DNA of 46,140 nucleotides from Perkinsus olseni (Eukaryota): NCBI GenBank assembly GCA_013115125.1, contig JABANN010000263.1, positions 1 to 46,140 of the forward strand, read 5' to 3'. Shown piece by piece: positions 12,564 to 22,937 of this stretch (position 1 is its first letter; each line of letters starts with the position of its first letter). The notes under the pieces were generated by a model. It saw only the letters and a program-made list of their open reading frames with translations, ran no database searches and was not told where the DNA came from. The position numbers and the translations under genes were made by a program.

Positions 12564-15500
12564 TTATGAGAGGTCGTCATCATTGAGCGTCCAAGCCCTC
12601 CCATCTTCGGTGAGGGGCCTGCGAGCTTGCCACTGCTCCAGCTCCGGACCTGACGCGCAAGTGGCCAGCAACCAGTAGAGGAAATGAACAGCAAAGACAT
12701 CACTCTAGTGTTACTACTGCAGCGCGATCAAGGAGGCAATGGGAGCGATCCGAAGGCGGTAAAAGCAGAGAGAGTCGAGCGCGAGGCGCAGTTGCCCGAC
12801 TTACGTCAAATCTCTTATTGCCCCTCTGACACTCTCACGCACGAACTGTACAACATCATGGCAATTAAAGTAGGCTTCGTTGAATTGAAACCTGCCAGTT
12901 GGCCGTGCAAACATCGACAGAGACTAACAGTCCCCTCAGCATAGTTCCCACCTCAGTCCCCACTCCGAACCAGGGATAGTCTCCTCAATGTAAACATGCA
13001 TGGGGGAGCTGCTAGGCCTACCTGCCCCTTGGAACATCATCCTACTGTACCTGACCGTAGCCGTCTTGGGAATCACAGCAGCGGTGAACCGAGAAAACAG
13101 GTTTTCCAGCAAGAGCTCACGAATACCACTCACCACCCGCAGTCGAATACGATGTGAACGAAATTGAAACTCCATTCCACCTCCAGGCTCCCCCGCAATC
13201 CATTCCAAAGTGAAGTTGCGACTCATACGCTCATATTTTCGTGGCGCGCCGTAGCTCGTGAAGCGCACATTACGTTGGCACGTTGGTGATCTTGCAGCGC
13301 CTCCCTTCCTCATCATCGCCATCATCATCAGTGCTGCCTTCATTCCGGTAGTGAGGAGAGTTGTGTGGTATCAAGTTCACAACCACCGGGAACACGTCCG
13401 TTCCTTCGAGGTCCTTCACCAGGCAGTCACTGTGGTCGTAACTACAAAACGGTTTAGATCTCATCCGTGACTCGTCTCTGCCACCTCCTTACAGGGTATA
13501 ATCATGCGCTTTCCACTTCCTCATCCTAATGCGCGTCGAAAGCTCGTAGACAAAGTCATTGACGCTGCTACTCGAGTGCGTTGGGAAGAGGCCCATATCC
13601 CGGTAGTCCGAGAAGAACGCCACCATGTCCTGCGTGTGGTATTCAACCTGCACGGAAAGGCAGAGGAGCTCACAATCCCTCATACCCCTCTTCTAGAAGT
13701 GAGGAAGCACGCAGCAGATTTCAGTGGAAGGCAGCATGTCAGCATCCACTTCAGCCTAGACGCCGGTGAAGCCGTTGGCCGCACATTGAAAGGAAGTGAG
13801 CAGGTACCCCGGCTGACCTCATCACGCAGAGTCTGCATCAAGTTGAGCGACACCCAGGACCATCGTTGGAATCGTGACAGCGACAGCAGTACCACGGCCA
13901 AGACCATAACCTGCCACGACCAACATCAAATAACGGAGCCCTATAACTCCACACAGTCGCGAAGTGCGAAGCGAATACCTCACCTCAACGGAAACCGCCA
14001 TCTCCTGCCCCGCAACCGTCAGGGCTTCAACCGTTTCTGAACAACAAACTTAAAGACGCGAGCACATGAACGAGAAGAATCTCACCTTTCTCGAGCCATA
14101 GCGTCCTCCGTTTGATCGTGCCCCTCTCCCAACTCTGCCACCTCTCCATCTGCTGCTCAAAGTTATACCCGCACGCCACATCCGATCTCATCTCGATGGT
14201 ATCTTTGAGTCGCTTCTGCAGGATACAATAGGGGTTAAGCTCCACAGGATTCGCCTCAGGGTCGTTGATGTATCTTTCAAAGTCCATGACCAGTGGCAAT
14301 ACACAGTAGCCATCGGACAGCAAATGGGTGGTCTTAATGTACAGATAATTTACCCCATCACCCTCTGCTGGCCGCAGCAGGAAAACTTGAAACGGCGGTT
14401 TGAACGGGTATTCCCGCCAGAGCCGATCGGTGCATCGGACGACGTCGGTAGCCTCGCTCACGTCATACGTGCATCCAATCACTTCCGGACCGCCGCCGCC
14501 GCAGTCCGGCCGAACCGCTATCTTCGGCCACAGTTCACATACACACCAGCTGAGAAGCCGTCCTAGTAGCGAACCGTGTCCCCAGCCACGAAGGTGGAAA
14601 TACCCACTGGCCTTCGTCAGGGCGTTTATGGTTGCATCCATGCCCTCATCCGCTGGATAGGATCGTAAAGAAGGATGCTTCTTTACAATTGCTCTAACCG
14701 CGGATTGAACCCGGGTCGTTTCCAAAGGAGCACTCGCGGCCAGAAGCCAGTCGCAAACAGCACCGGTCCACAACGTCTCGTTGGTAAACACCGCGTATTC
14801 CTTCCCCCCGGCGGGTTTCAAGTGTAGAGGAGCGGCAACAGCCTCGGATTGGGAGGCACTGACGGCCATCTCGATACGCTTGCACAAGGCTTGCAGAGTC
14901 ATCCCAGAATTCATCACTTCAGCTACAGACAGGTTGGTATCTAAAATACGCAGCAGACAAAGTCCGCCCATCCCTCCAGTCGAAAAAACCCTACCAAATT
15001 CCTTGTTGATTCGCGCCGTAAGTAGTACAGTAGTGAGACTGGACAAGCCCATAAGGGTCGTGTCGGAGGTCGGAGGTTCACCCAGAATAGCCGCCAGGAT
15101 TCCCACGGCCTGATCACACCGAGCGATGGTCGTCAATTCATCATCATACACGAAAAAACAACCGTCCCCTAAACCGTGACCACGCGCCACAAAATTCCTC
15201 ACCTTCCGCTCCACAGAATTGTAACCGCTATCCTGTGGTAAAAGATAGGGCACCGGATTATCACTCCCCCCAGACGACGGACTGGTCTCCCCCCTTGATG
15301 GTGTATCACTCCCGCATGTCGAGGAGCTACTGTGACCGCCGATCAGCCTCGTTACACCCACCGGCCCTACCATGTCCGTCCCAAAGGACTCACTGAAATA
15401 GCAGGCCAGATATTACCGCGCGCCACAAAAATACCTCCTCAACAGCTGCCACGGCGCCCGTCCCTCACAAACAACCTACTTAATCCGACCGATATGTGTC

Positions 15501-18500
15501 CACCAGCAATCCTCACAGTACCAATTCCACGGCTCAGCGTAGAAGGTGTCACTACAACCATAGTTCAGAGCGTACCTGTACTCCTACATCACTCGAACCT
15601 CGTCTCATCAATGCCCTACCTCCGGTGGCATCTACTGCACTGTTTGTACTCCTCCGACGTCCAGCGAGTCCCCCCACCCCCGGCTGAGGAGGGCACCGTC
15701 AAGAGCCCGTACATTGTGTCGAGCAGCCCGAGGCACTTCCAGTACGCCCTGAAATAGTGGACGATGCAGCAACAACAACAAAAGGCCATTAAATTGACAT
15801 AGAATACTCAGTGGACTCTCACGAGACTAAATTATGACCGCCAAAATTCCGAGAGAACATACAAAGGGTAGGTGGACTACTAATTCGTTCAGGCACACAG
15901 GGTAGGCTGCGACCGGGTAATTTACAAACAACATCCTGAGCGAGCACTCCCTTCGCAATCTTTTATCCATTCAACTCACCACACTACGTAAAGCATAACC
16001 ATAGAACCTTTAGCTACGCAAGAAACCCCTTTGGAGGTAACCAAGCGCGCTCTAGCTCCCTTCACTTACTTGCTACGGCATAGCCTCTGTAGCTGTTCAA
16101 TATACCATCTTGCCACTCCCATCACCCCCCACTTCGTGAAATACCCCATCCACTGGTCGACATCCTGCCCTAGCTGAGCCGGCCCTTGTACTATCAGTGA
16201 TACTGGCAACCAGCACAGCGCTCTGATCGGCTTCCGCTTTCCAGCAAGGATCGCTCCAATGGCCGCCGCCAAGACATAGACGTACCATCCCACCACACCC
16301 GGCAGCTGGGCCAATGCAAAGCACATACCATAGCGTCCGAAGGGGGTGTAGTATGCAACATATTCACCGACCGGATGCCCCACGGTCCTCAGTATCCATG
16401 GTAGGAGCAGGAGTCGGAGGAGGAAGGCCCAGAGTATGGTCAGGGGAGGGCTCAGCAGAGACCACAAAGGAATGGCGATCGAGAACTGATCAAGCATAGT
16501 GTTACTACAGACAACGATCAGGGCGAAGACAGTGATCGAGAAAGCTCCCGAAAACCAGACTCCGGGAACTACCATCAGAGCAGTGCCTCGCATTCTCTTG
16601 GCCTCCATCTCCTCCATAGTATCCCTCGCCTTCCTCTTGATACCACTACTAACATCAACCTTGGTCACGGCGTCCACCAACATCGCCGAGGATAGTTTAC
16701 CAGTACCCTCGCTACGGGGTAGTTGGTAACTGGCAGCCATCACCTCAACAATATGGCTCGCGTTCTGCGAACAAACAGCAGCCCACTACTTCCCGGGGTC
16801 CACGCGCGTCCGTGACGGTGCCACTCGATAGTGCATAGTCACAGTGCAGCTCACCATCTATTAACCCATACTGGTGATACACTCGAAACGAAAACAGAAA
16901 TAATCTATCATTTGGTTACAAAAACGCTTCTAGTCTATGAGTGACACAGAGATCGGCCCGACTAGCCCTCAAAAAGCAGCTATACTTTCGCGATTCCCGT
17001 CGATTTTTCCTCTGAGAAATACCGCACCTTCCCCTAAACCTACTTGGCTGGCAGCAAATGAACGTTCTCCACGTCCAGCATAGGTATCTTACTCCTTACA
17101 GCAGCCAACAGTCGACTCGCGTTGATCCTATCATATTTGTCACGGTGTATAACGAAGAAGTGCAGTTGGCCTTGGTAGTTGGCCAGGTAACACTGCCTTT
17201 CCAGCTCCTCCGACAGCTGCTCTTGAATCACATCTGATACCACAACCACCATGTTCCCATCTGGCATACCACTACGCGGGGTCTCCCAAGGCTCACTAGG
17301 GAAAGCTCTTCAAGACGCTCAACCGAAGGCTGGCTCAACGCGAACGCCTCGGGTAGCCACTCACGCTACGAACAAACCGTTGCAACCGCGTACAATGATG
17401 TGAAGCCAAAGTTGGGCTGTACAAGCTGGCTCGCAGACAGTAACATAGCGAGCCCGACTAATGACCTCGGCTGCGGCCCGATTCATCTACCCATTACACA
17501 GAGTAGATTGCCCCTCACACTTTTCCTCTGTGAACGACCTGCTACTCATCCCCTTTACTACTGGTATCATGGAAGGCGCCGCCAAGCTTGACATAGTTGC
17601 CGAGTCGTCCAATGAACTCAACCGTTTTGTCCGGGTGGATCCGCACCAGATCGTTCGTTCCTGTCAGATAACGATGCTCGCCTCTCATCGATCGCGTGAC
17701 AACTACTCGTACTGTAAAACCGAATTCCGCTTCTAACAGTGAACTTCTCTTCATTGTTTCGCTCCGCCCGAGGATCTCCTCCTTTCGGAACATAATACTC
17801 ATACGGTGTCACCATGTCACCCCCAAGTAACAACTCTCCCACCATAGTCTGAGCGCACAAGAAAAGTCCTCACACTGAATCATCAGCCTTAAAAAACTAA
17901 AGGCAAGACTTCTACAGAGCTGACCAGGCAGGCCCCGCCGAGCACAACCGAGCGCTTGGTGACATTTACAAAGATATTTATCCTCCCGCTCCTCCCACCT
18001 GTTCTTGCGACGAATTGGGCACCTCGTCGATGTCTATAATGGCTCCCTCGGTCAACTTGTATCGCGCATTGGGATAGTGATGGCTTTGTCGATCTCTGGT
18101 GGCGTAGAAGCTCAGCCAATACTCGCTGGCGATGAGCAAGTCCAATAATGTTATTTCTTTGGCATCTGGAGCAGCAATGGACAACTACTCAGTGTCGACG
18201 CATCTTTTGGGGTCGTCATTGACCTATTTTGTATCTTTCACGCATGAGGTCAAGATTCCTCTACGACCGCGTCCACAGCCTCGGCCACAGGCTGAATTAC
18301 CGACTTCTACGCCACGAGATCTTTTCTCAGCAGTGCGACAATTTTTCGACCTCCGTAACCTCGGCCACAATAACATCTACGTCTTAATCAAACGAGTCCC
18401 CACAGGTCGCCGGTTCGATCCCGGGCCCCTCCCTTTCTCTTTATTACCATTCCACTCATCCGCTAGCTCTTGAGGTAACTTCTCTCCCCAAGAGATGAGG

Positions 18501-19755
18501 ACCATATCATTCTCTCGTCCGAGTTGAGCTCTGTCAATCACACAATCTCTCCTCAATGTACTCAGCACCGTCGGTACAAAACCGCAAATAAGCGTGCGTC
18601 TTCGCTTAGTAAGCCTAGCGTGAGCACTGCTAGCTATTTCTATGAACAAAGCCGGGTCCCTCTGCAGGCTATAGTCACCACCAGGCAACGCCACCATAGC
18701 ACCCAGAGACAGGCCTGACCACCGATTCATCGTTCGGTGAGCTAGTGCCGATCTATTATTACCGACACTGAGGATACCATAGGCTGCTGACGACCAGTGG
18801 ACGAGGCCGTTGTGGAGCACACAGGCACTATTCTCGGGTGGGATGAAGTTGAGAACGGTCTTCTTATAGTGTACTATCTCGTGTAGCACCTGTCCAGCAT
18901 GTCTATCACCGTCGCGCGCCATGAAGTTAGCTCCCTCTGTATTACCATTCCGTGAGTGACAATAACGCACTTGCTGTAGTTCATAGTGGTTGTACCTGTT
19001 TCCGTACCGCTCCTTCCACAACCAATCCTCCAACAACATACCTCCTGTGAAGTGCAGTCCTAGTTTCAGATCGCGGCCTCTCGGTATGAGGATATCCTCC
19101 TTCCCTTTCCCCAGCGCGATGAGCTCTTCCGCAGTCATCGACCCATCTACTCCGCTGTCGCCGATCACAACGGCCGGCTTCAGTTCCTTCATAATGTACG
19201 TATTCCGAGCATCCTGCTGCGCCTTGCTCGGTAAATCAGTGCCTACAACACCCCTACTGTCGCCTTCCCCCATCTGCCTCGGCCCTTACCCATAGCGGCC
19301 AGTGGCAGCCCCAATGCAGCACAGGCTATATAGACGACATACCAGTCTATCGTACGATCCAGGCGGCACGCTGAAGCATTCCAAGCATATCCCTTTGGAG
19401 TCTCATGTTCCGGCTATCACCTGCTATGGTGTTTTGATACATTTTCTCGCTCCAGTGTCCACTGCCCAGCCTCTCTCGTATTCCCTTGGCAAGATCCACT
19501 GCCCTCGCCCACAGCTCTTCATACCTTCGTCACCAACACTACCTCTCCCAAGCAGTCCGCTAGCCGTTGCTCTTACGTTATTGTCTCCACCGCATCGATC
19601 TCACAGCGGCTGTTGCATTCGAAGGCGGCTATCCTAAACGCCAAGCCAGATTCGTGCGCTCACACTTCAGCCGACCATCACCTTTTCCCGACTAGTCGAT
19701 CGCTGGCCATGTCTCGCACGACTTCCGCGATATTCATCGGGCTGCTTGAGTCCAT
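12564..19755 (-). CDS. Single-module NRPS-like protein: adenylation - membrane segment - CxxC/CxxC - carrier (T) - condensation-like domain; many exons
   Basis: A-domain motifs TYEELWARA (A1), HFTG|GTTTMNYSKCVIVTH (A3), WGEKL, VGELLLGG (A6), TNDLVR (A7), FIGRLGNYVKLGG (A8), LPRSEGTGKL (A10); hydrophobic block about 16070-16590; T-like LMGLSSLTTVLLTARINKEFG (about 15000-15055); C-like VRAIVKKHPSLRS and THLLSDGYC (about 14303-14329). Confidence 0.8.
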
Positions 19756-19898
19756 GCCAGGAGGGGGAGGGGAGGTGGTCAACTTTTACGTGTCTTTTCA
19801 GAAGGATGGGCAAGATACGTGCGCAGTCCGCACGTTCGGGCGTGCGCTAATGCTTCGGCTAAATGCGCTTTCGCAAAAATGTGGGCGCAAGTCTTGCG

Positions 19899-20354
19899 AT
19901 GTTTGAAGTGCTCCTCACTGGCTTCGGTGTATTCGTGTTCGGCGTCACTCAAGGTATCTCAGCAGGCTACGAAGTCACGCGGCCCTTCAGAGTCTTCGGT
20001 AGGCGGTCTTGCTAAAATCTTCACTGTGCGCAAAGATTCCTTCATCAGGCTTCACTGGTCTCTTGGCAGCACTCAGTTGGCGAGAGCTGCGTATCGGCAC
20101 CCACACCAAACGTGAGCCGAGAGTATCTTAGGTTGACTCATGCACGCCAACCGTGATAGTTGAACGTCATACGTGGACCCTGAGAGGGCGGACGAGCGAG
20201 TACTTCGACGACAGTGTAGCAGTCTCCTCTCCTACCTACTTAGTAGACAACCTGCCTGTAAGTAACAGTGAAGCTCGTCATCCCGAAAGAACACGGAAGA
20301 TCTTTCCTTAAGGTTTTCATTCAGTCAATCAGTGCCTCGTTCATTCGTTTTTAG
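19899..20354 (+). CDS. Small (about 85 aa) membrane protein, 4 exons (19899-19953, 20049-20111, 20160-20257, 20313-20354); absent from the ORF track
   Basis: Three GT-AG introns join into MFEVLLTGFGVFVFGVTQGFTGLLAALSWRELRIGTHTKLERHTWTLRGRTSEYFDDSVAVSSPTYLVDNLPVFIQSISASFIRF*. Confidence 0.6.
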
Positions 20355-20705
20355 TCCCTCCTACAGCACTACTAGATGACTTCTTTATCGAGTCACAGAA
20401 AAATTATCGCCGTCCACGGTTCTTCTGCCTTCTCCGACCCCCAGTTGCACAAACGAATTATGAAAGTTATAATAGATTCTTATATTGATTTTCGCACGTA
20501 AAATGATGCGCCTCCAATGCGGGATTGGACTATCGAACATCTCCTTCACTAGGAATGTCTCGGCATCCCCCTAGGTGTACGTGCTGGCTTTCTGCTTTCC
20601 CTTCACCACGGTAGGCTGTGGAGTCTGGCTAGTGAGACGTCCAAAAGTCATTGCGGAGTGGGCCCGAAGGACTAAGATACGTTACAGGCGGCTATTCATT
20701 AAAAA

Positions 20706-21065
20706 GTGGAGGCGCGACGACAGCTGATGCCGGCCATGGTGTGTTTCTGGTACGTTGCTCAGCGGTCGAGTTATTCGTCTAAGGGGGGAGTTTCGGAGGC
20801 TCTTCGCTGCTGTCCCGTTGATTTCCCAATGCAAAGGCGACACAGCAAGGCCGATGCTCCCCAGCCGCGTCCTCGAGCGCCCGTCGTCCATCGGAGGGGC
20901 TCCAATCAATCGCCTCAAGCCATTCTAGCCGTCATAGTCGTGTTCTGGTTCATACTGCGGAAGACGGTTCTCAGCACTTACGCAGAGGACCACAAGGAGA
21001 TCACCTTCGCTATCTCCGTAATAATATTGCTCTCTTTGATAGCCAAACGCCTGGGCTACATTTGA
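20706..21065 (+). CDS. Hypothetical small protein with two C-terminal TM helices; start uncertain
   Basis: ORF ends AILAVIVVFWFILRK...ITFAISVIILLSLIAKRLGYI*. Confidence 0.4.
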   Translation: MEARRQLMPAMVCFWYVAQRSSYSSKGGVSEALRCCPVDFPMQRRHSKADAPQPRPRAPVVHRRGSNQSPQAILAVIVVFWFILRKTVLSTYAEDHKEITFAISVIILLSLIAKRLGYI

Positions 21066-21161
21066 CTAAGTATAACCACCGGTTTCGAGTTTTATCTCCC
21101 CCGCCGTTGTGTTGTAATAATCTACTCATACGCCACGTAGCGTTATTGACGTGAGGTCTAC

Positions 21162-22189
21162 ATGCTCATCAATCGCCTGTTAAGGTCTACTATCGGTAGG
21201 ATTGGCTCTACCAGGGGCTTCGCGATATACAGGTGGGTTTACTGTGACTCGCTATCATCGGAATAGATATTGGGCTCGCCCTGAGTTCTGGTGATGCACT
21301 CGTTATCTCTTGTCCACTAACGCCTTTTGAACGGACTCCCGGGTTCCCAGTGCTGTAGCCGATCTCTTAGGACACCTGCTCCGGCCATCTCTGGAGTTCT
21401 TGAAGTGCGTCAAACGCTACACATCTCCTCTGGCCTTGCTGGCTTGGCCACTGCTTTTGACAAGCTCCCGAAGGATAGTGATGGTAGTGCTTCGGGTTTT
21501 AGCGTAAACCCATCCACATGACTAGGCTTCACTCGAGAAGAGCTGCAGCGTTCAAGTCCTTCCACTTCCTCGGAGATCATGGATGCCATCTTCGAACTTT
21601 TTGATAACTTCCCTAAGGACGGCAAGATATCCTATAACGAGCTCTGTAAGTTGCTCATGCCAATAAAATTCTCGCCGACTTCGTTCTCAAGGTGCGTATC
21701 TTTTGCTCCACGCTGAAGGTGTCACCGAAGCAGAAAGGTACATCGCCGACTCCCACTCATCAATATGAGATTCGTGTCAGATCGGAATTCACTTTCTCAA
21801 TTTGCGATGCTAACGGTGATAATAAGATATCGAAGGAAGAGCTTGCTGGGGTGAGTTGCCCCGCCTAGTATGCTTTTGGCTTCTGAATCTCGGTCGTGCT
21901 GCTCAGGTCGTGGAGACTCTAGCGTATGCCAAGTCCAAGAACTGGAGTGAGGCGAAGGTGAGGGGGCCTGTCGCGCCGACACTGGCCTACTTCTCACGTT
22001 TACCTTAGGATATCTCCCTTGGAATTGTGGCCGACGCTTTCGCGAAGTCCCAGACTGATCTTGACATCCATGCTTTTACTGAGTGGAGCCGAGGCCAGTC
22101 CGAGCAGGCCCAGGTGAACGCGAGACTGCGCGGAGTGAGTGGATTTGTTTTGTCAGGAATTTCATTCCCTCGTAACGGGGACCATTTAG
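21162..22189 (+). CDS. EF-hand calcium-binding protein (calcineurin B/NCS-like), multi-exon
   Basis: Exons AFDKLPKDSDG, FTREELQ...IFELFDNFPKDGKISYNEL, FTFSICDANGDNKISKEEL, final EFHSLVTGTI*. The Arg-rich N-terminus MLINRLLRST is tentative. Confidence 0.75.
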
Positions 22190-22453
22190 AACCTTTGTGT
22201 AAAACAGCTGATGCGTTACTTGTATTCTAGCTGTATGGTGAGTTGAAAGTCTTTTAATCAATGGGATGACATGCCGATACATAAAAGGTTCGCGCCAGCG
22301 GACCAGAGGAACGGGTACTTGGCTCGAACGTTTGATGAGCGTCCGACTTTGAGCTAATCGCAGCAGTTCTCGCAGAAAGCTTCTCATCGGATGTCTACAA
22401 CACGGTCTCAGCATTGACTTCGTGTGTCTACGAAGCTGGGTTGGGCTTGAAAA

Positions 22454-22526
22454 TGGAGAACCCGGGCATCGATCCCGGTGCCTCTCGCTTGCTAAGCGAG
22501 CGCTCTACCATTTGAGCTAGTCCCCC
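22454..22526 (-). tRNA. tRNA-Ala: tRNA-Ala (anticodon AGC)
   Basis: Minus strand GGGGGACTAGCTCAAATGGTAGAGCGCTCGCTTAGCAAGCGAGAGGCACCGGGATCGATGCCCGGGTTCTCCA: 73-nt cloverleaf, G3:U70 pair, followed by TTTT. Confidence 0.97.
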
Positions 22527-22728
22527 TTTTTAGATGCTCAGCTTTGACGTGAACCGCTTTTGTTATGCTCTGCGATTGAATCATGCTACGGCGTTCAGTA
22601 TCAACGTTCGGTCTAGAACAATAATAGATTCTCACGCAAGAGGCCATTCGGCCATCCATTTGGCTACGATGGAAACAGCTATGCAAAGTAGACGTTCACC
22701 ACTCGATGGCAGAAGTTATGTGTCAAAT

Positions 22729-22770
22729 TGGAGAACCCGGGCATCGATCCCGGTGTTGAGCTAGTCCCCC
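22729..22770 (-). pseudogene. tRNA-Ala copy with a 31-nt internal deletion (minihelix-like)
   Basis: GGGGGACTAGCTCAA-CACCGGGATCGATGCCCGGGTTCTCCA; identical to the adjacent tRNA except for loss of the 3' part of the D arm, the anticodon arm and part of the variable loop. Confidence 0.85.
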
Positions 22771-22937
22771 ACGTTGGAGGTTCCGTCCGGGACTGGGCGG
22801 TATCGTGTTAGACACAAATAATCGTGTGAACCATATTCCTTCGGCATCCGTTTTCAACGCCCAACGCAGCACGATAACGGATTCTCACGGAAGGGACCAT
22901 TTGGTCATGTTGACATCACCCAGCACGCAAGGACTTT

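Noticed and set aside
13054-13069. accgtagccgtcttgg, a 15/16 match to the 5' part of the Perkinsus/dinoflagellate spliced leader as I recall it
   Set aside because: It lacks the CTCAAG end and the following GT donor, lies antisense inside the NRPS-like gene, and precedes no ORF; treated as chance or a decayed relic.
19899-19953. VLLTGFG resembling the N-terminus of pyroglutamyl peptidase I
   Set aside because: The spliced product is only about 85 aa and lacks the catalytic Glu, Cys and His motifs.
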